From contig JAFTXK010000099.1 in assembly GCA_017461635.1 (NCBI GenBank), forward strand, positions 1 to 42,368: a DNA stretch of 42,368 bases. Reading direction: 5' to 3'. A program made the position numbers and the translations under genes. Below, one piece after another: positions 1-8,709 of the stretch. Source of the DNA: Clostridia bacterium. Lineage in GTDB: Bacteria; Bacillota; Clostridia; Oscillospirales; CAG-272. Below the pieces are notes generated by a model. It was not told the origin of the DNA, ran no database searches, and was given only the letters and a program-made list of their open reading frames with translations. Every line of letters starts with the position of its first letter. Positions within the stretch are counted from its first letter, which is position 1.

Positions 1-1463
1 GCTTCCTCTCTTGCCTGTCTCTCTTCGCGGAGAATGTCGCTGATAGAGCCGTAAGCTCTGTGACCCTGCTCCTTAACCTCGATGATGCGGAACTTAACTG
101 TTGTTCCGACGAGGGTATTAAGATCGCCGGACTTCGGAACGCCGCTGCGTGCGCCGGGGATAAATACTCTGGTTGCGCCTGCAAGAGCGATAACGCCGCC
201 CTTAACAGCCTCGATAACCTTACCCTCAAGAACAGTCTTTGCCTCATAAGCGGCAACGATCTCGCCCCAGTTCTTATCGGAATCTGTGCGCTTCTTTGAG
301 AGCTCGGCAATGCCTTCAATATCGCTTACGCGAATAACAAATGCCTCAACCTCGTCGCCGACCTTGAACATATCCTTAAGATTTACAGAAGGATCGTCTG
401 TGATCTGCTCAGCCTTGATAACGCCGGTAACCTTATATCCGACATCAAGCTGAAGCTCAGCGTTCGAAACGGCAGTAACTATGCCCTTAACGGTATCTCC
501 TGTATTTAAAGTTTTGCAAAGCGATTCTTCGAGCAGCTCTTCAAAGTTTTCAATTTTTGTGCTCATTGTTTTGTATACCTCCTCTATTATGCCGGGAGGG
601 GTTGAAGCCCCTGCGGCGATTCCCACCTTTTTTGCGGTGGGCGGAATCAGTTTGCCCAGCCCGTCTGCGTTTTCAACCCAAACGGTGTTCATGCAGATAT
701 TCTTGCATATCTCGGTAAGCTTGGCAGTATTGGAACTGTCTTTTCCGCCGATCACAATCATATAATCACAGACACTCGCTAAGCGTTTCGCCTCGAGCTG
801 CCTGATTTCCGTAACATTACATATTGTATCAAAAATTATCGGATTTGTACAGTGTTTTTTGAGAACATTTTGAGTTTTGTGCCATTCTGACAATTTTTGA
901 GTTGTTTGAGCGACCAAAACGGTCGTTTTTTTGTTGAAAATGTCCATAGAAAATTTTTCTAAGAAATTTTCAAGCTCCATGGCGGTGCAGAAAACATATT
1001 TCTCATGCTCCGCATGGCTGACTATGCCTCTGACCTCGGGATGAAGCGGGTCGCCGAGAATGATAAAAAGTGTATCCTCTTTCGAATGCTCATCGGCAAG
1101 ACGGTGTATCTTCGTAACGAAGGGACAGGTGCAGTCGACATAGGTAAAATAAGGATTATTCTCGGCGCATTTGCGCAGTCTTTCGCTTATCTCTTTTGTA
1201 ACTCCGTGAGTGCGGACGAAAACCTTCACCGGAGAGGCTTCGGCGGCTGTCAGTGCCAGCTCCTCTATTTCATCTTCTTCGAGAACTTCCACACCTTTTT
1301 TGAGAAGCTCATTATTATATATCGTATTATGAATGATATGACCGAGAGTAAAAATACGGACATTCTTGCCTTCAGAAGCGATCGCTTCTTCAAGCTTATC
1401 TGTAGCTCTCTTGACTCCGAAACAAAAGCCCGCATTTTCGGCAATGATTATTTCTCTTTCCAT
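1..1463 (-). CDS. ispH: Bifunctional IspH (HMBPP reductase) / ribosomal protein S1-domain fusion, truncated by the window edge
   Basis: Translated by hand because it is absent from the ORF track (no stop inside the window). ATG at 1463 gives MEREIIIAENAGFCFGVKRA. It carries DCTCPFV, DTICNVTEIRQ, IGGKDSSNT and GIAAGASTP, then reads in frame into S1-type sequence (MSTKIENFEELLEESLCKTLNTGDTVKG). Typical cmk-plsC-ispH/S1 order. Confidence 0.93.
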   Translation of the reverse strand, partial: MEREIIIAENAGFCFGVKRATDKLEEAIASEGKNVRIFTLGHIIHNTIYNNELLKKGVEVLEEDEIEELALTAAEASPVKVFVRTHGVTKEISERLRKCAENNPYFTYVDCTCPFVTKIHRLADEHSKEDTLFIILGDPLHPEVRGIVSHAEHEKYVFCTAMELENFLEKFSMDIFNKKTTVLVAQTTQKLSEWHKTQNVLKKHCTNPIIFDTICNVTEIRQLEAKRLASVCDYMIVIGGKDSSNTAKLTEICKNICMNTVWVENADGLGKLIPPTAKKVGIAAGASTPPGIIEEVYKTMSTKIENFEELLEESLCKTLNTGDTVKGIVTAVSNAELQLDVGYKVTGVIKAEQITDDPSVNLKDMFKVGDEVEAFVIRVSDIEGIAELSKKRTDSDKNWGEIVAAYEAKTVLEGKVIEAVKGGVIALAGATRVFIPGARSGVPKSGDLNTLVGTTVKFRIIEVKEQGHRAYGSISDILREERQAREE

Positions 1464-1468
1464 GCCCG

Positions 1469-2071
1469 TCACAGCTCGCGTATTTTCTCATAGATGAGAT
1501 TGGTTATACGCGCCATTTCTTCTGTTTTGCTGAGCTCCGTATCGATGGAAAGCTCAGCGGAGGGGATCTGTTTGCCTATAATAACTTCGATCTTTCTGAA
1601 AGGACACCAGGCATTGTTTTTGACCTTTATCCTTACGGGCAGAACGGGAACCGATACCTTGGAGAGAACCAGCGCCGCGCCGTTTTTGAATTTTGTGTCT
1701 TCGAGCGCCACTCCCTTGCAGCGTGTTCCTTGAGGGAAGATACCGACGCAGTGACCTTCATTCAGCAGATCTATGGTCTTATGTATCGCACCGATATCGC
1801 CTGAGCCTCGGTTTACGGGATAAGCACCGAAGGCTCGGATAAGAGAGCTTAGAACGGGTATCTTAAAAAGCTCCTTTTTAGCCATATAAAAGGGCTCGGT
1901 CTTGCGCAGAACCGCGCTTATGCAAACGGGATCAAGCAGAGTAACGTGATTTGAGCAGAGCAGGATTCCGCCCTCGCCGGGGTCGTTTTCAAGTCCCGTG
2001 ACCTTAACTCTGAAAAGCACTCGTACAATGACTGCTACAATACCGTGGACGATCTTGTAACCTTTTCTCAT
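1469..2071 (-). CDS. plsC: 1-acyl-sn-glycerol-3-phosphate acyltransferase
   Basis: NHVTLLD (HX4D) and FPQGTR motifs; directly downstream of cmk. Confidence 0.92.
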   Translation of the reverse strand: MRKGYKIVHGIVAVIVRVLFRVKVTGLENDPGEGGILLCSNHVTLLDPVCISAVLRKTEPFYMAKKELFKIPVLSSLIRAFGAYPVNRGSGDIGAIHKTIDLLNEGHCVGIFPQGTRCKGVALEDTKFKNGAALVLSKVSVPVLPVRIKVKNNAWCPFRKIEVIIGKQIPSAELSIDTELSKTEEMARITNLIYEKIREL

Positions 2072-2742
2072 TTGATTTCCCCGACCCTTTCTTTTATGAT
2101 CTCAATAACACGGTCGATGCTTTCCTCAAGAGAATGCTCCGAATTATCGAACATGATCGCATCCTCAGCAGGCACTGCGGGCGCAACAGCACGGCTTCTG
2201 TCGTTTTCGTCGCGCTCGATCATCTCGCTGAGAACATCCTCGTATCTTACCTTTACACCCTTTGCGGTAAGCTCGTCATAGCGGCGGCGCGCACGGGCTT
2301 CGTTTGAAGCGGTCATAAATATTTTGACGTCCGCATCCGGAAGAATGACAGTGCCGATATCGCGACCGTCCATTACCACATTGTTCTTTCTCGCGATGGA
2401 TTTTTGAGTTTCGAGAAGAAATTCTCTCACCGCGGGGATGGCGGAAACTGCCGAGGCATACATCGATATCTCGGGCTGTCTGATCTTATCACCTAAATTT
2501 TCGCCGTTAAGATAAACGCATTGAATACCGTTTTCATATTTAACATCAAGCTCTATTTCGGGAAGAAGTGCCGAGACCTCTTCCGCATTTTTCGGATCCT
2601 TGTCCTTTGTGCGGACATAATATCCTATACTTCTGTAAAGCGCACCCGTGTCAACATAAACTATGCCGAGCCTTGCGGAAACAGCCTTTGCAACACTGCT
2701 TTTACCTGATCCGCTCGGACCGTCGATTGCAATTTTTATCAT
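2068..2742 (-). CDS. cmk: Cytidylate kinase
   Basis: IAIDGPSGSGKS, DTGALYR and MDGRDIGTVILPDA motifs. Confidence 0.97.
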   Translation of the reverse strand: MIKIAIDGPSGSGKSSVAKAVSARLGIVYVDTGALYRSIGYYVRTKDKDPKNAEEVSALLPEIELDVKYENGIQCVYLNGENLGDKIRQPEISMYASAVSAIPAVREFLLETQKSIARKNNVVMDGRDIGTVILPDADVKIFMTASNEARARRRYDELTAKGVKVRYEDVLSEMIERDENDRSRAVAPAVPAEDAIMFDNSEHSLEESIDRVIEIIKERVGEIK

Positions 2743-2761
2743 AATTAATACCTCTCAATAT

Positions 2762-4024
2762 TTAATAATTACGAGCAGCATTCTCTCCTGCAAGCGCCGC
2801 TGTGGAAAATGCGATCTGAAGATTAAAACCGCCTGTGTAAGCATCTGCATCAATGATCTCTCCTGCAAAATAAAGACCGCTCACAAGCTTTGATTCCATG
2901 GTTTTCGGATTTATCTCCTTGACCTCAATTCCGCCCGAGGTGATTATCGCTTCCTCGATGGGGCGGAATTTCAGAAGCGGGATTCTAAAATGCTTCAGCA
3001 GACCGACCAGCGCCTTGCGTTCTTCCTTGGTTATGGAATTGCATTTTTTTCTCGGATCGATGCCGGAAAGCTTAACCACCGTATCTATCATCTTCTGGGG
3101 AAGCAGTCCGCCCAGAGAATTGACGAAATCCTTGTTATTATATTTTGAAAAATCCGAAATTATCCGCGCATCCAGAGTTTTTTCATCAAGGGCGGGCTTG
3201 AGATCGATCTCAGCGGTGTATTTTCCCCGCCCGATATCTCTCAGATGTGCCGATGCACTCAGCACCAGCGGTCCTGTAAGTCCGAAATGGGTAAACATCA
3301 TTTCCCCGAAATCGTCAAAGACAGCCTTTCCGCTTCGGTTATCGATAACGGAAAGCTTGATATTCTTCAGTGAAAGCCCTTGCATACCCGCGCAGATCCT
3401 TCCGTCCTCAACTATGGGGACAAGTGAGGGAATAAGCTCTGTTACCGTATGTCCGAGCTCCTTTGCCATGCGGTAGCCGTCTCCGTCCGAGCCCGTAAGA
3501 GGATATGACATTCCACCCGTGGCGAGAATAACCGCGTCAAATTCGTATTCATTTGAGCCGGTAATAAGACCTGTAGCTTTTCCGTCCTCTGCCGTAATGC
3601 GCCTGACCATTTCATGCACTATATTACAGCCGGCATCCCTGCATTTTTTCTTCATGGCATCAACTATATCCTGAGCCTTGTCGGAAACAGGGAATACACG
3701 CTTTCCGCGCTCGGTTTTAAGCGGAACACCTGCCTCCTCAAAGAAATTTTTTGTATCCTCCGAGGAGAAATTGCTGTAAGAAGCGTAAAGAAAACGGGGA
3801 TTTCTCGGAATATTGGCAAAAAATTCATCACGGTCGCAGTCATTGGTAACATTGCATCTGCCCTTGCCCGTGATCCTCAGCTTTTTGCCGAGCCTGTCCG
3901 TCTTTTCAAAAACCGTGACGGCGGCACCGAGCTCTGCCGCTTTCACCGCCGCCATCATGCCCGCCGCACCGCCGCCGATAACGGCAACGCAGACGAGATC
4001 AGAACTTGTCTTTTTTATAAACAT
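2762..4024 (-). CDS. HI0933/BaiN-family NAD(P)/FAD-dependent oxidoreductase
   Basis: IGGGAAG, ITGKGRCNVTN, ATGGMSYPLTGSDGDGY and TGGFNLQIAFS motifs. Start moved from 4099 to ATG 4024 (MFIKK) to reduce overlap with rpiR; the exact start is uncertain. Confidence 0.9.
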   Translation of the reverse strand: MFIKKTSSDLVCVAVIGGGAAGMMAAVKAAELGAAVTVFEKTDRLGKKLRITGKGRCNVTNDCDRDEFFANIPRNPRFLYASYSNFSSEDTKNFFEEAGVPLKTERGKRVFPVSDKAQDIVDAMKKKCRDAGCNIVHEMVRRITAEDGKATGLITGSNEYEFDAVILATGGMSYPLTGSDGDGYRMAKELGHTVTELIPSLVPIVEDGRICAGMQGLSLKNIKLSVIDNRSGKAVFDDFGEMMFTHFGLTGPLVLSASAHLRDIGRGKYTAEIDLKPALDEKTLDARIISDFSKYNNKDFVNSLGGLLPQKMIDTVVKLSGIDPRKKCNSITKEERKALVGLLKHFRIPLLKFRPIEEAIITSGGIEVKEINPKTMESKLVSGLYFAGEIIDADAYTGGFNLQIAFSTAALAGENAARNY

Positions 4025-4862
4025 CGTATTCGTCCCAAATTGTTTCAAGTTTTTTGAGCTGTTCGCTGAAAAGCTCCTGGCGCTCCCGTGCAACGGCAAC
4101 TATGATAGCATTTATAATGCTCAGTGGCGCAACGAGAGAATCCACATAGGAGACCATATCGCTCTCGGCTGTCAGAAGCTGATCGGCATATGCTGCGATA
4201 GGCGAACGCTTGCTGTCGGTCAGCGCGATAACGTCCGCACCGACCTCCTTTGCATATTCAACGGCATTGATTATCCTCTGAGAATATCTGGGGAAGCTGA
4301 TGGCGATCATTGTATCATCCCTCGAAAGATGCATGATCTGTTCAAACATCTCGCTGCCCGAGGTGGTCTGAACGAAATGAACATTGTCAAAAACCATGCG
4401 CAGATTGAAATTCAGGAATCCCGCAAGGGCAGAGGAGGAGCGAACGCCGATTATATATATATTCTTTGCATTGACGATCTTGCGGATCGCTTCGGCAAAG
4501 GATTCGCGGTCGATGCCGTCAAGAGTTCTTTTTATTTTTTCCGCATCCGAGAGAAGGACCTTTTCAAGCATGTCTCCGTCGCCGATGAGGCTGTTTGTTA
4601 CCTCGATCCTCTGAACGGCGGTAAGCATATTGCGGATAAGCTCCTGAAGAGCGCGCTGAAATTCGGGATATCCCTCAAAGCCAAGCTCGCAGGCAAAGCG
4701 TACTACCGTTGATTCGGAAACGCCCACAAGACTGCCAAGCTTTGAGGCTGTCATGTAAGCTGCCTTTTCATAGTGATCGAGAATGTAATTCGCAATCAGC
4801 TTCTGCCCCTTAGAGAAGGTGGGCATCTGATTTTTTATGGTCATCAAAAGGTCTCTTTTCAT
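3999..4862 (-). CDS. MurR/RpiR family transcriptional regulator (HTH + SIS)
   Basis: SKGQKLIANYI...VSESTVVRFACELGFEGYPEF HTH and SIS-domain ISFPRYS; GAGGTG 5 nt before ATG 4862. Confidence 0.93.
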   Translation of the reverse strand: MKRDLLMTIKNQMPTFSKGQKLIANYILDHYEKAAYMTASKLGSLVGVSESTVVRFACELGFEGYPEFQRALQELIRNMLTAVQRIEVTNSLIGDGDMLEKVLLSDAEKIKRTLDGIDRESFAEAIRKIVNAKNIYIIGVRSSSALAGFLNFNLRMVFDNVHFVQTTSGSEMFEQIMHLSRDDTMIAISFPRYSQRIINAVEYAKEVGADVIALTDSKRSPIAAYADQLLTAESDMVSYVDSLVAPLSIINAIIVAVARERQELFSEQLKKLETIWDEYDVYKKDKF

Positions 4863-4899
4863 AAACACACCTCATAGCATGCGCAAAATTTCATCCTAT

Positions 4900-4928
4900 A
4901 TTATAAAACAAATAAAGCGAGTTGTCAA
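4900..4928 (-). promoter_or_regulatory. Sigma-A promoter for the rpiR-cmk-plsC-ispH run
   Basis: Perfect TTGACA-17 bp-TATAAT on the minus strand. Confidence 0.85.
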
Positions 4929-5015
4929 TATTATTATTTTGCTAATTTACAACCTGCACAAAAAAATTGCGAAAAAATTGTCAAAAATCCCGATAGAGAA
5001 ATTTGTAAAATCCAC

Positions 5016-5044
5016 TTTACATTTGTCGAATAACATGGTAAAAT
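5016..5044 (+). promoter_or_regulatory. Sigma-A promoter for the uracil permease
   Basis: TTTACA-17 bp-TAAAAT with extended -10 TG; TGTCGAA in the spacer. Confidence 0.65.
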
Positions 5045-5047
5045 TAT

Positions 5048-5211
5048 AACCGTAATCCGAAATCACTGCAGCGGCGGAAGCGTATGCTCTGAAAAGGAAC
5101 CGAAAAGCATATCACTTAAGCCGAAACAGTGAAAAGTCCATTGTATCGGTATTTTTTTGTGCATAAAGACAAAAAGATCGGCGAGATACTTTGAAAAACG
5201 GAATACAGGTT
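5048..5211 (+). ncRNA. Putative structured leader RNA upstream of the uracil permease (family unknown)
   Basis: Nested complementary segments found by eye: tcactg/cagtga, cggc/gccg, tatgct/agcata, gtatc/gatac, tttttgt/acaaaaa, plus an imperfect closing helix 5048-5059 with 5199-5211. Confidence 0.4.
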
Positions 5212-5242
5212 GGGTAAATAAATCAAATCGGAGGACAGAGAA

Positions 5243-6619
5243 ATGAAACTAATTTACGATGTCAATGACAAGCCCAAATTCGGTCAGCTAATTATCTTCG
5301 CTATCCAGCAGCTTCTTGCGATCATGGCGGCAACTATCGCGGTTCCTGCAATTATCGGTAACGGAATGACAGCTTCTGCTGCACTTTTCGGAGCGGGAGC
5401 GGGAACAATTATTTATCAGCTCTTTACAAAATTCAAGAGCCCCGTGTTCCTCGGTTCATCTTTTGCTTTTATCGGTTCAATGTTTGCGGCATTTGCAGGT
5501 GCTGCCTCGATGTCTCTCGGATATCTCGGACTTCTCATCGGCGCTCTTTTTGCAGGTCTCGTTTATGTTGTTATCGCTATTGTGGTTAAGTTCGCGGGCG
5601 TTAACTGGATAAATAAGCTTATGCCTCCCGTTGTTATCGGTCCTACAGTTGCCATCATCGGTCTTTCGCTTTCCGGCTCTGCCATAAAGGACGTATTCTC
5701 TTATGCTCCTCAGGACAGCAACGGATCATTTATCATGACAACAAATGTCTGGATATCTCTGATATGCGCTCTTGTAACATTGGCAGTGGTTGTTGTTTGC
5801 TCCACATACGGCAAGAAGATGGCTAAGCTCATTCCTTTCATTATTGGTATCCTCTCGGGCTATGCTGTTGCCATGGTATTTACCCTTATCGGTATCGCAA
5901 CAGATAATGCAGGTCTCATTATCATCGATTTTGCGCCCTTCAAGGCTCTTGTTGCAGACGGCGTAAGTCTGAATACATTCATTGCAGTTCCCGAGTTTAC
6001 CTTCCTCGAGGCGATCAAGGGTGCAAAGGAATTCAGCTGGTCTTATGTTGCTACTATCGCGGTTGCTTATGTTCCCGTTGCATTCGTTGTTTTTGCAGAG
6101 CATATAGCTGACCACAAGAATCTTTCTTCCATCATTGAAAAGGATCTTCTGGAGGAGCCCGGTCTTCACCGTACTCTTCTCGGAGACGGTGTTGGTTCTA
6201 TAGTAGGTGCATTCTTCGGCGGCTGCCCCAATACGACCTACGGCGAGTCTGTAGGATGTGTTGCTATCACAAGAAACGCTTCCGTGGTTACTATCACAAC
6301 CACAGCAATACTCTGTATGCTCATTTCCTTCATATCTCCCTTTGTTGCATTCCTTGATTCTATCCCCGGATGTGTAATGGGCGGTGTTTGCATAACGCTT
6401 TATGGCTTTATTGCAGTTTCGGGTCTTAAGATGATACAGAAGGTAGATTTTGAAAACAGTGCTAATCTCTTTACAGCATCTGTTATCCTCATCGCCGGAA
6501 TCGGCGGTATGGCTCTTGCGATCGGCAAGGTAACTCTTACCTCTATCGCAACAGCTCTCATTCTCGGTATCCTCGTAAATGTTCTTCTTTCGAGAAAAAC
6601 CAACAACGACGCCGAATAA
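5243..6619 (+). CDS. pyrP: NCS2 family nucleobase (uracil) permease, PyrP/UraA-like
   Basis: Highly hydrophobic; PVFLGSSFAF, AEHIADH, RTLLGDG and PNTTYGE motifs; GGAGG RBS. Confidence 0.88.
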   Translation: MKLIYDVNDKPKFGQLIIFAIQQLLAIMAATIAVPAIIGNGMTASAALFGAGAGTIIYQLFTKFKSPVFLGSSFAFIGSMFAAFAGAASMSLGYLGLLIGALFAGLVYVVIAIVVKFAGVNWINKLMPPVVIGPTVAIIGLSLSGSAIKDVFSYAPQDSNGSFIMTTNVWISLICALVTLAVVVVCSTYGKKMAKLIPFIIGILSGYAVAMVFTLIGIATDNAGLIIIDFAPFKALVADGVSLNTFIAVPEFTFLEAIKGAKEFSWSYVATIAVAYVPVAFVVFAEHIADHKNLSSIIEKDLLEEPGLHRTLLGDGVGSIVGAFFGGCPNTTYGESVGCVAITRNASVVTITTTAILCMLISFISPFVAFLDSIPGCVMGGVCITLYGFIAVSGLKMIQKVDFENSANLFTASVILIAGIGGMALAIGKVTLTSIATALILGILVNVLLSRKTNNDAE

Positions 6620-6658
6620 TAAAACTCAGACAGCTGTAAAAAATCAGCTTGAATAGAC

Positions 6659-6696
6659 AAAGAAACATCCCGTCAGATCTGACGGGATGTTTCTTT
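6659..6696. terminator. Bidirectional intrinsic terminator (perfect 38-bp palindrome)
   Basis: aaagaaacatcccgtcaga|tctgacgggatgtttcttt between convergent genes. Confidence 0.8.
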
Positions 6697-6716
6697 AGCT
6701 CTCTAATGTTACCTTA

Positions 6717-7490
6717 TTATTTATCTGATTTTTTAAAGAGCTCCTGCCTGTATTCTCTGGCAGTTTTTCCATACATTTTTTTGTATAGCTTGGAAAAATT
6801 TGAGATATCCTTAAAACCGCAGGAATATGTAGTTTCTTTAATGCTTTTTCCTTCCTCAATGTAGCGTCTTGCGGCTTTGAGCTTGGTGAAGATCAAATAT
6901 TGCTGAATTGTTTGCCCTGTCTCTTTTTTGAAAAGCCTTGCGAGATAGGAACGGGAAAGATTCATGTTTTTTGCAATATCTTCAATTTTTATATCCCCGG
7001 TGTAATTCTGCTTTATATAGTCCTTAATTGATCTGACATAATTATTTGACGGACTATCATTATCGGAGAGTATATCCGAATGCCAGCGAAAGAGCAGAGA
7101 AGCGAGAAAGGATGCCTTATTGCCCTTAAAATCCTCAACCTTGGCAAGCTCCATAAAGAAATCCCCGTCACCCTTAAAAACAGGAGGAAGTATCGTAAAA
7201 TCATTGCAAAGATTACCGTCAAAGCCCATATAGTATATCGACCAGAGATCATTCGGATCAGGACCGTAAGAGCCTATCTTTCCTTTGGGAATAATGAAAG
7301 CATCGCCGGCACCGACATTATAAGTAATGCCGTCTATGGCATAAAAACCGCTGCCGCTTTCAATATACTGTACCATGGTAAAATTGTGGATTCTGGGAGG
7401 GGTAATATCATCGTTTTCAGCAGTGCTATGTCCGAAAAAAATAGGATTCAGATCTTTGTATTTACTGACGATCATTGTTTCTTTACCCAT
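6717..7490 (-). CDS. AraC family transcriptional regulator (cupin ligand domain + HTH), paralog 2
   Basis: QYIESGSG cupin; IAKNMNLSRSYLARLFKKETG and CGFKDISNFSKLYKK HTH motifs. Confidence 0.93.
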   Translation of the reverse strand: MGKETMIVSKYKDLNPIFFGHSTAENDDITPPRIHNFTMVQYIESGSGFYAIDGITYNVGAGDAFIIPKGKIGSYGPDPNDLWSIYYMGFDGNLCNDFTILPPVFKGDGDFFMELAKVEDFKGNKASFLASLLFRWHSDILSDNDSPSNNYVRSIKDYIKQNYTGDIKIEDIAKNMNLSRSYLARLFKKETGQTIQQYLIFTKLKAARRYIEEGKSIKETTYSCGFKDISNFSKLYKKMYGKTAREYRQELFKKSDK

Positions 7491-7493
7491 CGA

Positions 7494-8294
7494 TCAATCC
7501 TCCTTTTCGCCCTCGCCCGGGTGATCCAATTTAAGTGAAAGAGATTTCTTATATTTCATCGGCGATAAGCCGAGATATTTTTTAAACATTTTTGAAAAAT
7601 TGGAGAGATCGCCGAAGCCGCAGGAATAAGCTGCCTCGGTAACGCTCATTTTGTTTTCAAGGCAAAGCTTAGCCGCTTTGAGGCGAACCGAAACTATATA
7701 TTCCTGAATAGTCTGCCCGGTGCTTTTCTTAAAGAGCCTTACGAGATATGAACGGGTCAGATTTATTTGTTTGGCAATTTTTTCAACGCTGATATCATTC
7801 ATATAATTACTATTGATATAATCCTTGATCTGCTGAACATAGTTATTTGTGGGCATATCATCATCCTGACAAATCTCGGCATGCCAGCTGAAGAGCAGTG
7901 AGGTGAGCATGGAGACCTTTCTGCCCGAAATATGTTCAACCTTGCTGATCTTGCGGAAGAATTCGGCATCCCCCTTAAAAACAGCCGGAAGCCTTGCAAA
8001 GTCATTGCTCAGCTCTCCGTCGAAGCATATATATCGGTAAAACCAAGGATCTTTATCATCGGCTTTGTAGGTGGCTGTTTCACCGGCAAGGATAATGAAA
8101 GCCTCGCCCGGGTGCACTTCATATATTTTGCCGTTCTTTTCCAGTGTCCCCTTGCCGCTCTCAACATAATGAACAAGAGTATAATTTCTTGCTTTCGGAC
8201 CGGTGGTTTGTCCGCTTGAGCATTGCTCATATCCATAATTCCGCGGATTAAGATCCTTGAGATTACCTTCTACCGAATAAAAATGATTGATCAT
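7494..8294 (-). CDS. AraC family transcriptional regulator, paralog 1
   Basis: YTLVHYVESGKG cupin; LTRSYLVRLFKKSTG and CGFGDLSNFSKMFKKYLGLSP. Start placed at ATG 8294, downstream of the predicted promoter. Confidence 0.93.
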   Translation of the reverse strand: MINHFYSVEGNLKDLNPRNYGYEQCSSGQTTGPKARNYTLVHYVESGKGTLEKNGKIYEVHPGEAFIILAGETATYKADDKDPWFYRYICFDGELSNDFARLPAVFKGDAEFFRKISKVEHISGRKVSMLTSLLFSWHAEICQDDDMPTNNYVQQIKDYINSNYMNDISVEKIAKQINLTRSYLVRLFKKSTGQTIQEYIVSVRLKAAKLCLENKMSVTEAAYSCGFGDLSNFSKMFKKYLGLSPMKYKKSLSLKLDHPGEGEKED

Positions 8295-8330
8295 GGTATC
8301 ACGCCCTTCTGAGTTTTTTCGCGTGTTCAC

Positions 8331-8360
8331 ATTATACCATATTAAAAACAAATTATGCAA
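8331..8360 (-). promoter_or_regulatory. Sigma-A promoter for the AraC pair
   Basis: TTGCAT-18 bp-TATAAT with extended -10 TG. Confidence 0.6.
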
Positions 8361-8661
8361 GGTGTTTTTCAAAAAAAATCCGCAAAATACAAAAGTGGAT
8401 ACGATATGACCATTAAGATGTGCAAAAATGGTAAAAATGTATGCAAAATATTCATTACTGCGTTTGTTATCAGAGAATATTTATTACAGGTTTCATAGTT
8501 TTTGTTATTTTAAATCCTATCTGAACGGATCAAATTTCCTTGAATGGATAAATTTTTATTTTCTGACAAATTTATTTACAGGCATTTTTCTTTTTAGGTA
8601 TTGCAAGTTCACATTTTACTATATTTTGGTCAAGTGATGCAAAGACTTTTTGGCTAATGTG

Positions 8662-8670
8662 TGATACAAT
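8662..8670 (+). promoter_or_regulatory. Extended -10 element for the giant secreted protein
   Basis: TGaTACAAT about 40 nt before the ATG; poor -35 (AAGACT). Confidence 0.4.
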
Positions 8671-8709
8671 ACAAAAGTAAATACCAAAATTTTAAATTTG
8701 GAGGAAAAT

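Noticed and set aside
3813-4712. 299-aa plus-strand ORF and other long alternative-frame ORFs (e.g. 1005-1493, 16848-17513, 28228-28845)
   Set aside because: Antisense shadows of well-supported genes, with no motifs.
5130-5150. PyrR binding site
   Set aside because: Only AGUCC matches; the NGNGAGGYU part of the loop is missing.
8428-8637. Small ORFs in AT-rich intergenic DNA (also 29701-29886, 4837-5049 and 38136-38393) as RiPP precursors
   Set aside because: No convincing RBS, low-complexity F/Y/I/K composition, and most overlap predicted promoters or neighbouring genes.
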